Under the pieces are notes generated by a model. The model searched no databases and had not been told where the DNA came from. It saw only the letters and a program-made list of their open reading frames with translations. Made by a program: the position numbers and the translations under genes. A stretch of 64,000 bases of DNA from Paraspadella gotoi (Eukaryota; Animalia; Chaetognatha): positions 15,600,963 to 15,664,962 of the forward strand of contig CM119265.1 of NCBI GenBank assembly GCA_051294375.1, written 5' to 3'. Shown here one piece after another: positions 1 through 12,700 of the stretch; position 1 is the first letter of the stretch; each line of letters starts with the position of its first letter.

Positions 1-704
1 AAAACCGAAACTAAAGTTCAATTCATTTTAACGTTTAGGAAGAATTAATTTGAATAATGTCTACTCTCTCGATTCTTCCCATTTTTTTGCAAGTCAGTAA
101 TCCACGTTGAAGCTTAGCTCTAACATAAGCTTTGAATCCTCTTTGGATTGTCCTTCTTGTATCCTGAGGCCGGAAAGATGAATGGCTTCGAAATTTGTAA
201 AATGTTTCCAAAGAGCCAAAAAAGAACGTTAAATAAGGCATCCTTTGTACTGATACAGTTTTTAGCGAGAAACTTTGCACAATCAAACAGGAAAGAGGCA
301 AGAACTTTTAGTTCTAAGGAAGTCTTTTGAAATTCTGTTCCAGGATGAAGTTGTGCAACAACGCCAGACTTGGCGTTTTTCCAACAGCAACATTTTAAAT
401 TCGTTTTCGACAGATTCTCCTCTTTCAATCTGGAACGAAAACAGATCGGAAACTCTGATCATTAGAAAAGCGGTTCACATTATCACAATCACAACGACCT
501 TTGATTTTTCACCATTCGTTACGGTACCGGATATTGCTGAAAAAAAATGACAGCCGCTGAAATTGACCCCGCTCAAGACATTCGTAACAACTAACAAGAA
601 TCCTTCGAAAGTTAGCCACTGATCTCAACCATATGAGGACATGTGAGGTTCTTAATTTGAAAACTTTTTGAACCAAACAAAAAACCAAAACGAATAAAAC
701 TCAC

Positions 705-1939
705 CATATCCGTTCCATCTGGCAAAATGTGACCTCCGTATCCAGAATTAGTGGGCTGAATAGCGTTTGACGATGATCCGATTAACGGGAAGCCGCCCGA
801 GTTGCCAACTCCCACCACGGCGCCAGCTCCAGCGGTTCCGGTACCGTCTTCGTCGCCCTGAATCTCTTGAATGTCACTGTCACCGTCGCCGGTAACATGT
901 TCAGTTTCAGTAAAAACAGCGCCGGCTTCCGGTTTAACGTCAACGATGTGCGCCTCTGTCTTTGCATCGAAAGGAACCAACTGCGAGGCGGTGCCGTCTA
1001 TCGAGGGCGCATCAACACCGCTAACGGAGCGCGTTTTTTTTGCCGCTGACGTCGCGGAGTGGTCGCGCGAATGACGCTTTCTCGTCGACGCACCGCGCGA
1101 GGTCGAAGAGTCTATGTGAGTGAAACTGTTTTCTGTCATGTTCTGCCATGAGGCGTTCTGCCAAGAATAATTGAGGTGGTTCTTCTCCAATAGGCGAGGT
1201 TCGTTCGATTCAAGTCCGAGTTCCACATCGTTGCCTGTTAAAATCAACAACAATATTTAAATAATTTGAAAACTTGGTTTGAAAAAAATTAGTAATTAAA
1301 AAATTGTCCGAATCCGAGGAAATATATTGCACGGGTTCCTTTTTTTTATGGGCTTAATAAAATCGCTCGTTGACCAGACGAAAAAAAAAATAACGTTCCA
1401 GAAAATGTGTCCGGCGTGAAAATAAAAACCGAGAATGACGGGGTTTTAATCGGACTCTTGACAAAAGAAGAATAGCAATAGCGGCTTCACTTTCGAAACA
1501 ATGCTAAATTAAACAATGGTCGACTGGCTTCACTATTGTCAGTCGGCTTTTGTTGTCCTCGAGTGATTGGACAATGGACACCGTCGTCGTCTTAAAAGAA
1601 TCAGTTCCCTTTTTTGAAGGCTTTTGTCATAAAGACAATGCCAAACTTTTTTGTATGGGATTCTAAACAAAACTGTCGAAGTTGGTAGCAAGACTCACCG
1701 ATAGGAGTGAGGTTGTTGGTGGCGTAGGCTTCACACAGATGTCGTTTTCCAGCGTACTTTCGGCCTTCGGCAGTTTCTATCAGCAGGAATACGTTCGCAT
1801 CTAACAATAAAAATATCGAAAAATGTCTAAAATACCGACGCAGACGGAGAACGCTGAAAACCTATCGCGATTTATCACCTGTGAGGGAAGCTAATTTTAG
1901 GCAGTGTTCTATGAGAATATTCGACAACGATTGCTCCAT
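705..1939 (-). CDS. Uncharacterised protein with MADS-box-like (dimerisation half) N-terminus and long disordered linker; 3' end unresolved
   Basis: Three phase-compatible exons with GT-AG sites: 1939-1879 (MEQSLSNILIEHCLKLASLT), 1800-1699 (DANVFLLIETAEGRKYAGKRHLCEAY...), 1234-705 (...GGHILPDGTDM, phase-0 donor GTGAG). The downstream exon is uncertain. Confidence 0.7.
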
Positions 1940-2314
1940 GTTTTGTAACTGATTCACTAATCCCATGAGAGATTGAGCAGATGCCATTTCTCCGTACTGT
2001 TTAATTCTATACCGTACTAAAATGCAAACCGACAGATGAAAGTGAAAAAAATCTCATTAAACAAACACTTTCGATCAATGCCCCATTAGTAATTACAAAA
2101 GATTTTGAAACTCGTAAATCCTTTTTCGTTTTTGCAATTTCCATTCAATGAGCGCGGGGAATATCTCGACGACATGGGTTTTGTCTCAAATCTGCAGGAT
2201 CAAAACGATAATTTTTCAAAAGTGAAAATATGGCCGCATCGATACAATCGAAACAAAAGAAATATTAGGTGAGGTTTTAAACAGATGTAAATGAAATCGT
2301 TCCAAACAAAAAGT

Positions 2315-5300
2315 TTATCTCGTTCTTCGAGATCTTTTTTGAGTCGTGGCTTCGTCCATTTCCGAATCCGTTTTGTCTAACAGCAACGCTTTAACTTTGT
2401 TTTCAAAAAAGGCGGAGAGTTTTGTGGCGGCTCTGCATTGCGGAGTGTCGTCGTGGTTGTATGCAAAGCAATTGTTAAAAACAAGGCGAATGTCGGAAAG
2501 TACCTAACGGGGCGGGGAGCACGAAATATTAACTTAAAAAGAAAAACCCTTCGGAGAAATATATTCACCATCGAATGATCCGAATAGTCGATGGTTTTGT
2601 TCAATTTGTCTCTGATAGTGGAAAAATCCATGGGATTGTGGATTAATTGATGATAGTCCGGAACTTCTCTCGGGTCAACCGGTTTGAGGAAGGGCCACGA
2701 TTCTTTGTGGCGACACAAATCCTGAGAATATACATGTATGTTACGTGAAAATGACGTTCGTTCTAGCGAAAATCAGAAGCTAAGTTTAATCTACGGTCGA
2801 ATCCATGGTCGACTCGCCTTAAGCAGGTTGTCCACTTTGGCCAGCTGAGTCATTTGGCCTCCCCTCATTTTCGCTGCAGCCTTCACCGGAACCACGCTGA
2901 CGAGGTCGTCCCTCTTCGCTACCACCTCCTCTTCATCTTCTATGACCGCGTTCGGGGCGGACCTTCTCGATATCGTCGAGTCGCCGTTGATGACGCCAGA
3001 GCCGAGCATTCCGAGGCTTCTGGGCGATTTGGAGAGACCGGGGTTCAGGACGCGACAGCGCCGCATCACGCACTTCTGCTTCATCCTTTCGCGGTTCTTG
3101 CAATAAACGCACCTGCGATAGGCGATCGATTATTTAAACCAATCTAGAGTAAAGAAAGAGAAGCGAAAATAAGCTAATATTTCTAACTTGTTGCAATCTT
3201 TTTTGACTCGACAAGGACTACATTCCCCGCAAGCCCGACGACGTTTCGGCATCCGTTCCTCATCGTCATCGCTCATTGTCGATTCCGCGTTCCGTTTCTT
3301 TCTGTCAACACAAACGAATATTACATACATTTAATTTCGATAATTTTTTGAAAGCCACATTACGTGCCATGGCTCTCCAGACTATATTGTCTCCAAAACT
3401 CACCCACGACCCCGAGGAGAGGGCTGAGCCCTATCTTCTTTAGCTCTTCGGCCTCGTTTCTTAGGCTGACAGTGCTGGCACAACCAAGCTTCAGTCGGCA
3501 TCTTGGACAAGGGGGGATCGGCGCATTCAAGATGATAACCATATGGGCACTGCTGACAGTAGACCAACACGCCGGGTTTCCAGCAAAACCCACACTCGCT
3601 TGTGAAGTCTTCTTCCACTTCTGCGTCCTCCACTAACATTTCAGCCTGCTCTTCTTCCTCTTCAACCTCAAGTTCTTCTACGTCTTCATCCTCTGCTTCT
3701 TCTTCTTCTTCCTGTTCTTGTTCTTCTTCCTCTTCTTCCTCCTCCTCTTCTTCCTCTTCTTCGACGGCCGACAATTTCCTTCTACCCCTGGCTTTAACCT
3801 CTGCAGTCTTCTTGGGTTTACATTCTGGACACAACCACTCTCCGGACGGCACCCGTTTGAGTTGAGGACGGAGGCAATACATATGATGCCCCCTGTCGCA
3901 GGAGTCGCAAAGCAGCATCTTGTCAGGGTCGCTCTTTCGCCGGCAGATTTTGCAACGAGCATTGAGAGCGGACTTTTGCCATGCGATGGAATTTTCGAAG
4001 GTGGACAGATGGATGTATAGTTCTGAAAAGTTTCTCGAAGACATCAGCGACTCTTCCCAAGCCTCGAGCACAGTTTTTGATGGAGAGTCTTCCTCCTCCC
4101 GTTCTAGCTCCTCCGTCATTTTTTTCTTTTTCTTTTCTTTCCTTGCCGATTCCTTCTCGTCGATGCCAAGCGGAGGCTTCGTGTACTTTACGTCCACCGC
4201 TTGCTGCAACTGCAGCAACGCCTTGGCCATGTCCCCGACAACGCCTTCGGCAACCTCGTCCTCCAAGTCGTCCTTCCCACTCCACGTCAAGTTTTTGCAC
4301 ATTTGGTCGTAGCCCCGGTTTACAATCCGTTCGCGCCAAGCTTCGCGATCCTTTACCTTGAGGGTGCCTAACTGGCCATGGAGAATTCGTTCCTCGAGTT
4401 CGAGAATTCCATCGCGGAAATTCAGTTCTATTTGGTCATTGGCCGCGAAAGCGGAAGGAATAGCGGCCGCCTTGGCGCCGGTTTTAGAGACCGATTTACT
4501 GGACGCGGAATCGTCCGCGGCATCGGCAGCGATTGGGGCAACTTTTCCAGTGAGAACGTCGACGGGGCACTTGACGATGTCTCGGAGAATTAAATTTTTG
4601 TCGGCCAAGAGCGACTGCCTCAGGGGACCTTCTCGGTAACCTCTAGGATTAAGAGATTCCACGAGTTTGTCGATATCCTCGGCGCGATGGAAGAAAGCCC
4701 ACCTCACTGTCTGCGGCTCGGGAACGGCCGCGACGTTGTTGACAGCATCGGTTGAAGAGTCGTCTTCGCTGTTGATGACGCAAACTGAAGCGGTGCTTTT
4801 GGGTCGGGAGTCGTCGTCAGACTCCTCAAGGGTGATGAAGTCGGCACCATTTTCCGCTTTATCAAGTACAATGAGGTCGTCGTTCAACTCATTCACGATT
4901 GCCTTTTGGTTGGGGGAATTTTCTTTATCGCTTCCAGATCCTTCAGCCAGCGTCCCCTTTTGCGGAGAACGGACGCCGTTGAGCACAGTGGTTTGACACC
5001 TGGTAGATGAGGAGGTCAGCTTGGAAAGATCCAATTCCAATGGATTGGGATTCTGTTTCACGGGCAACAGCATGTCCGGGGTTAGAGCGTTGTCGCAATT
5101 CTCGACGAAGATTCCACCTAACGAGTGAAACGACCAATAACGACGATAGAAACGATCGCGTCCGAGTGGGAAAACGGCAAAACCGTGTTGCAGTTTATCT
5201 ATGGCGTCTAACGCCGTGCGCTCTTTTTCCAAAAATACGGTTCTGGCTTTGGCGGCCGCCTCGTCTCGCTTTCTCCTCTCTTCCTCTCGACGTTTGGATG

Positions 5301-8300
5301 AGGACAACTCGCCGGTCTCCTCGTCGACGCCAATCTTATCCTTGATGACCGCCATTTCGTGCAAAACCATTTCCGCCGCCATTAAGTCTCTGCCCCCGTG
5401 CAGCTTTTGGCTGGCTTGCTGCAGCATAGACTTGACGTCGCTGCCCTGGTCCGTCGAGGAAGGAGTGTTAATGCCGCTGTGTTCCCCGGTGCCGACAGCC
5501 GAGTCTAAACCCTTGAGCTTTTGTTCCTGCTTCTTCAGCTTGTTCAGTCTATCTCTAAGTTTATCTTCGTTCTTTTCTTTGGACTTGATCGAATGTTCCT
5601 CCGACTCTCGCCTTTTTTCCGCCCACTGCAGATGACGCAATTCTGCCTTCGTAGTCTTCAACTTCTCCGCGTTCTCCTCTAACAAGTCACGGGTGGAACA
5701 ATAGGTTAACATTTGCTGGACCAACAAAGTCAGTAGCTTAAGACGTTCCTCCGGATCGAATGCGTAGACGGGATGCGCCGTCAATTTTCGGACGAGATGA
5801 GAATTGGCAAGTTTGAATTCAACTCCCGGGTCGTCCAGAGGTGTAAATCCTCCGCGTTGCTGGTAAAGGAATTTGGCAGAGGCGCCGTCAACGGCAGCCC
5901 CGCTGGCGAGGATGTGTCGGCGGAGAATTTCCGAAAGTGTGTATGGATCCACGTTGATTTTGTCGAGAGAAACGCCCTGCGTCTTAATAGCCCACTGAGC
6001 AGCGGTGGTGGCAGCGGCGATAAGCCCGGTGGCGTACTTGTTCTCCGAGGGGTTCCATTCTATCCCGTCTTCTCCGTATTCTTTTTGCTCTTCCTCTTCT
6101 TCAGAAACAAGACCAAACAGAGCCTCCAGAAGAAATTTAAGGAGATCAGTGAAGGGGCCTTCAATGGCGTCAGAAAACAACGCACTTTGAAGGAGGGACA
6201 AGTCCACGCCTTCGGGAAACTCGTCCTCAATGTTAAAGAGAGACCCAAAGTTAATCAAAAATTCGAGAATCATACAGATGTCGCCGAACAGAGACTGAGG
6301 CAGCTGCAAGTGTACCGGAATTGGGTGAGGCAGCGGCCTGAGGTCGTCACACTGCATATCATCGCGAGGTTTGGACCATTCCTTAAGCTTAGATTCCATT
6401 ATCTCTCGCTCTGCCTTCATGCGTTTCTTCTCTTCCTCCTTTTCTCGCTTCAACCGTTCCTTTGCCTCGGTGGCGGCCCTTTTCAAATCCTCGCGCTGCT
6501 TCTCCATTCTGGCCTTTTCGTCGAGCTTCGTCTGCATCGCCCGCTCCTTCAACTCCTTAGTGAGTTTTTGCTTCTCTTCCTTATCTTCTAACGCTTTTGC
6601 ACGGAGCGATTCCTTTGCCTTTTCCGCTTCTGCTTTGGCATTTTGCCCGATTTTATACCTCGTGTCGTCCGTCGAATCGGGCGTGCTCTCCTTCGATCCT
6701 GTTTTAGCGCCCTGGCGACGAGCCTTCACAGGTTTCGGAGAAGATTCTCGCTTTTTCTTTCCTTTTTCATTCTTTTCCTTATGAAAGGCCATTCGCTTGC
6801 TGACGCCCACCGCAGCCTGAACCTGACCATTATTGGCGCGCTTAACCGGCTCCGCGCGAGGGAAATTTGGCCAGGGACCCGCGTAAAAGTTTTCGAATTT
6901 GGCGAACTGAAGGCCGTGTTTATCGAGCGAGGAATACTTGACTTTCCACAATCCTTCGTTCGCTTCGCAGTGCTGCTTGAGCAAGAGTTTAAGTTTGTCC
7001 TTGTTAAAGAAACCCTTCTTGCGAGAGAGGGTGTCTCCCTTAGCGGTAAAGACATGTCCCTGTCGATCTACGACGACGTACGAATATTTAGCGCCTTTAA
7101 GCAAAAAAAGCAAAACAAGCAAAAAGAAAAAATCGATAAGAAATACTATTCGCCACAAAACATAATTTAGTGAATGTCGAAGAGATAATAACGGACCTGC
7201 GAGAGCGACGTTTTTAACTTTGGCACCAACATTATTTTCGTTACTCTTCGTTGACGGAGGAATGACCTCCCGGATGGTACATTCATTTTTCAAACAGTTC
7301 TTCTCAACCTCGATCTTTTCGCCTGAATAAAAATTTCCGGGTCGAAATTAATAAAACAAGACAGGAAAATGTCTGCATTTCGAAAATTAAAAAATCTTAA
7401 AAGGATAGTGATCTCGCCAGACGTTACGATCAAAGAAAATTAATAAAAAAAAAAAATAAAAATACAATAATCAATCGCTCAATAATTATAATTGCGTCAA
7501 TGAAGTCGATCATCATTGACACAATGATAGTCGATCATCATTGACGCAATGATAGTCGATCATCATTGACGCAATGATAGTCGATCATCATTGACGCAAT
7601 GATAGTCGATCATCATTGACGCAATGATAATCGATCATCATTGATGCAATGATAGTCGATCATCATTGACGCAATGATAATCGATCATCATTGACGCAAT
7701 GATAATCGATCATCAATCATCATTGACATAATGATAATCGATCATCATTGATAAAGAAACAAAACCGATCCTTAATCACGCCCAATTCGGGCTTTAGCAC
7801 GTCTGGCGAGCTAAAAAAAGGTAGACAACCGGTTTTTCAATGATAAAATGCTTAACTTTACGAATTCGATGCTGACATAATTTTTTTTAAAATAAAAAAC
7901 AGAGAGAGACAGGGATTAGGAATTCAAAAACAAATACTTACATCAACATTAAACATATTTTAAAAAATAATAATAATAAGAAGCCATGTCTAAATTTTTA
8001 ACTTTCTACAATTTCATACTTTTCATAATATACAATTGTAAAAAAGCATGACGACGACAACGACACTAAGAAGCAAAATTAAACATAAATCTCGCCCAAA
8101 AGTGAAAAAGAGTGACAACGACGTTACAAGAAGCCAAAATAAACCTAAACCTAAAACGGGTCTAGGCCCGTCTGGTAAGATAAAAAACCACCTTTAAAAA
8201 AGTGATCGTGAACGAAAAGCCAAACATCGTCACAGAGATCAGAGAGACGAGTTCTGCAAGTAAGGCGAGCAAGAAATAAGATTGGCGTGACCAAAGCTTG

Positions 8301-9402
8301 AGGGAACGACGCTAACTGACGCTTTGCCTTTTCTTCGTTTTCTAAAGCTTCTTGGTAAGTCAGCCCGGACTTTCCTATGGATGTAAAAATGAAAGTAGAA
8401 AATATTGAACAGAATACAGATTTGTCTATACACTTTATTTCGTTGTGTTTGGGTTATTTGAGATTAAAGACGAAATCTTTTACATCAACGATTTTTATTT
8501 TTAAAGGTGCATACAAGTTTCGGTTTTCATTCATTTTTGTCTATTAAATTAAATGAAATCGAACAAACATTAAATCAAACACGATCAAATTAAACAAAAA
8601 AAAACAGAATACGAAAAAATTAACATACAGGTGGTAAAACTAAAAGATCTCTGTTCAGGTTATTGGTATAATCATTAGGCTGGAACAGGTTGAAAACTAG
8701 AAGTTCTCTCAAATAAATAATGGTTAAGTAACTGTTAAAGAATATGAAAAGGAAAATAATTTTTAAAATTTAGCTTATTGATAAGCGCACGGAAGCATTT
8801 AAATATTATTTTATTACTATATAAAGTTTAAAATTTTGAATATGTTAATTTTTTTTAAACTCTGATAAAGCTTTATTTTTTTAATAAAAATTGTAATTTG
8901 TTATATATTAATAAATATTATATATATATAATTATATATGCAACAACCCAATGAACTAATTCAAAAAGTTGCATTGAAAATCGAATCGTAGTAGAAGGAA
9001 AAATGGATTTTTTTTTAGAGAACTAGAAGTTATAAAAAGTAATCAATTTTGGCCCGCCTTACTAATCAACATATAGAAAAATTATTCATTTATTTGAAAA
9101 AACAAGCTCTTTATATTATATTAGATTATAATCACCAAATACATTTTTAAAGATAAATGCTGAATATTTAAACTGTTTTATTGGTCGTATACAATCAAAT
9201 AAGCATTCATTCATTTTTGTAAACTCACACCTGTAAGGCTGCAAGTCCAAACGAGGGAGTTGCACAAAATGGTCCTCTCGAAAAAGTCATCATAATCGAC
9301 GAATACTTCGTCGGTTAATTTGCAGTAAAACACCTCATCATCCGTCTTTAAATCGGGTGGCGGTCGAGCCTTGATGAAAGGCTCCCGGTTTAACAAAGGC
9401 AT
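2315..9402 (-). CDS. BAZ1A: ACF1/BAZ1A chromatin-remodelling subunit (WAC, DDT, WHIM/WSD, 2 PHD, extra CXXC, bromodomain), multi-exon
   Basis: WAC domain MPLLNREPF...FFERTILCNSLVWTCSLTG (9402) spliced to KSGLTYQEALENE (~8374-8192). DDT LFGDICMILEFL, WHIM PLGRDRFYRRYW, LNPRGYREGPL, PHD CKICRRKSDPDKMLLCDSCDRGHHMYC, second PHD CGFCWKPGVLVYCQQC, and bromodomain SWPFLKPVD...VFNNCFAYN; stop TAA at 2317-2315. Confidence 0.95.
7506..7753. repeat. Intronic minisatellite, about 10 copies of a 25-bp internally palindromic unit
   Basis: Unit TCGATCATCATTGACGCAATGATAG/A repeated head-to-tail from 7506; each unit contains the inverted repeat ATCATTG-ACG-CAATGAT; no spacers. Confidence 0.95.
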
Positions 9403-9772
9403 TTACAATAATTCTATCAAATAGTTTTATAAAAGCTGTAAAGAAAAATCGTATTTTTGTTTTCACTTTTACCTTTATTTTATATATAATTAAAAATTCT
9501 AAAAAAAGATAAATCTGATCACACTAAAATGATATCGAAATTACTGATGCAGTTTTCAAGAAAAATCTGCCCGCAGGGACAGTTCAGAACGGCTGGCACT
9601 ATATGGCAAAACTTTGATAGAAAATATTGAAAACCTGAAAAATCAAAACGGAACAAGAGTAAATAACCAACAAAAATATAAGTCAATAATAAGCAATTCA
9701 ACAAATTTTTGAAAAAATAATTGATAAACTGCAAATTTCAATTAGTTGTGCCATAATTTATGACTACAATAA

Positions 9773-12700
9773 TTATATCTTTCCCATGAATTTGAAATCC
9801 TGTTCGTACTCTTGTTTCAATCTGTGAAGAACTTCCTTATCGTTTGCGGGCATGTGGGTCCGTAGGAGATCGAATGCTAAATCATCGCACAAATCCATGA
9901 GACAGAAAACACAGACGGCTACTTCTCTCCGGACCTTAGAGTCGTGAAATTCAGTCATTGCCAGCGCACGAACAAAGTGAGAAATCCAGTAAGGCGCTAG
10001 TTTGGATAAGTCTTTTTTATGCGGCCGAAGTAGGGCGAAGAGCCTCGAGAGAGAGTTGGCACATCGAACGAGGCGGGGATTAGAGGGCGAGACGTCCAAG
10101 TCGTTCATTTGAGTCAGGAGTTGTAGTAGTCGATCGATAATAACGTAAAAAGTTGGCGCCATCTTGAGAATTTGAAAGCTTCGTTTAGCGAGCAAAAGGT
10201 TGACGATTTCAGCGATGGACAGGAAAAAATCGGCGGCGTGATTAGAGGGCGAAGGAATGTTGCATAGTATATCCGAAACGACCTCAACCAAGTTTACGCT
10301 GGATGATTCTAAAGTTTTCTTGACCGTATGGCAGAAGGCAGAAAGGCTGCCGAGGATAGCAAAGATGACTCGGGTGTCATCGTCGTCCAAACAATCCGCC
10401 TTCAAAGAAAAAGCGAACGAACAATCGCGGACGGATGTTGAAAACGCGGACATCAACTTGGAAGAATTATACTGCTGTTTCTTCCCGAGAAAAACTTGAC
10501 GACAAAATTCGAGCGAAACAAGGACAGCTTCCGGTCGATCGTCGAGATTGCGCCAATCCAGGTTTGAAAGTATTTTTTCCAGGACAGTGTCTGGTTCCGG
10601 TTCAATTCTGCTCAGGTAATCGACGCAGAAAAGAACAGAAGTCGACGTCGCTATTTCCATCGAAAAATTCTGCTGGTTAACTTCGGGGCATTCGCCTGCC
10701 GAGACGGATTTGTTATCTTCACTTACTCGATCATCATCTTCTTCCATTTTCTGCTCGCTAGAATCTCCTCCAAAAAACCTGTCCAAAACATCGAAAGTTG
10801 CTGTCGGTAATTCTACCGGATCTTCTACTTTTGCGATTGTTGAGGCGGAAAGTTCTGGGGATTTCCTTCTGTAAGGATCATCCAAGATCATAGACAAAAC
10901 AGTCTCAAAACCGTTTGCAGATTCTACGAATAATTTAGCAAAATGGGACTTTTTTAAGATGGTTCTCAAACAGTTCGACCATACGGATCGAGGAAGACAC
11001 GAGGGGTCTGCGGAATAAGTGGCCGCTTTGGTGACAATTTTCTTGACGTTTTCGTCCACTTCAAAGGAAGCTTCTGCTACCATCGTCAAAGCTCGTAGTC
11101 GCATCGAATTCGACAACAGGGCCGAATCGTCGACGGCTACTTCCGTTAAAGCCCGTCGCCCTTTCGTCAAAAATGTGTTAAGGAGAAGTTGTTCTCTTTC
11201 TTGATCAGCGGTTGGGAGAGCTTTTGCGCGCAGCTTTTGAAAACGTCGCAAAACGCAAACGATACAAGAAAGAACCAAGGACAAATTAAATTCATTCTGG
11301 CAGAGAACCAACCCATCGATAAGCGTCTCCAAAAAGGGAAGGATTCTTTCGAATAACCCAAGACGAAAACCGGAATTAATAAGTTTTATAACGAGGTCCA
11401 ATCCATGCGTTCGCATGAGGGCAGAGCAAGACAAACACGTCAAGTTTTTTCGGAGCGATTCGAGAATTGATTCAAGAGTCATAGATTGACGATTCTCTAC
11501 TAAACGTGAATCCAAACACTGCGGACGATCCGTCATCAACGTCAACAAAAAATCCGCTATTTTTGCATCGTCATCGCCGAAGTTTCCTTCTTCGGAAATC
11601 CGACTCAAGAGAGAGAAGGAAATGTTAGAGACGGTGGCCTCGTCGAGTAGAAATATTGGCATATCCTCCAACAATTGCACAACCTTTACTAGGACGGACG
11701 AGGAAATTTCCCGATTTTCGACTTTCTCAGTCAATCTCAAGACGAGGACGAAGAAGAATCCTGGAACCTCCATATTATCGTCTCTCACCAGAAATTGCCG
11801 CCACCCCTCGACTCCGTCGTTAAGAAAACGATCGAGCGCTCCTTCTACCAGCTTCTCCAGCGCTGGTCGCCCAAGGGGGGCGCCATGATAAGTCACCCAA
11901 TCGACAATTGTACCTGGCAATGATGTCACGGCATCGTTAAGTCCGACGGAGAAAAACTCAAAATCGCAAAGCTGATTGAAACCGATTGGTTCCATGTTCC
12001 TGTGCTTGTGTCGTTCCGGTAAGTAATAGGAAAGATAAGCATAGAGTCGCGACAGCGTATCGAGATATGCGTCGGCGCACGACTTCAGGGAAGGAGTTGC
12101 CTTGCTTAAAGACTTCAATCCGGAGCCCAGCTCACCCATCACGTCAACGCAACTTTGGACGTTTGCGCTCAGATTTTCGGGTATGCTGTGAAGGGACAAT
12201 GGTAACTTTTGCAGAAAGGCCATTTCTACTAAACAAAGAAGACGTAATTTTGCTTCATCAAAAGTGCCAGTCTCGTAATCACTCTTTGACGTCGTCAAAC
12301 AATCATGCAGATTTTCCCATATGGTAAGGACCGTGCCCAAAGGAAGTTTTTGCCCGGAATTCTCAAAGGCCCCAAAAACGTTTGAGCATCGAATATCAGC
12401 TGCAACTCGGTCGGCCGACGTAATAGCTTGTTGAACATGAATGAATAACTTGTCCAACCGGCGAAGTTTTCCGTACAGAGCAAAAAGAAATCCCATAAAA
12501 TCGTCTCTTTCACTCTGCATGTCCCCGACGTCCAATTCTACCCAAACTCGTCGAAGAACAGTCGTCATTTCCTTGTCCAAACATTGAGGATTGCAGCGCA
12601 GCAAATTTGTTAAGAGTGGAAAGGCCTCTTCGCATAACTCGGGTCCACGCAAAAAAGTCAAAGTAGAGTCGACAACCTCACTAATGTACTGAATTTGCGA

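Noticed and set aside
3364-7170. Numerous plus-strand ORFs opposite BAZ1A (and similar ones opposite TOPBP1, URB2 and EXOSC10)
   Set aside because: Antisense shadows of long GC-rich exons; low-complexity Ser/Phe/Leu translations with no motifs.
7095-7197. Hydrophobic TM-like stretch at the start of the 1297-aa ORF
   Set aside because: It is an in-frame, stop-free intron (GCAG|GTCCGT ... TTGCTTAAAG) read through by the ORF finder, not part of BAZ1A.
7506-7753. CRISPR-like array of palindromic repeats
   Set aside because: Units are directly adjacent with no unique spacers, there are no cas genes, and the context is a eukaryotic intron.
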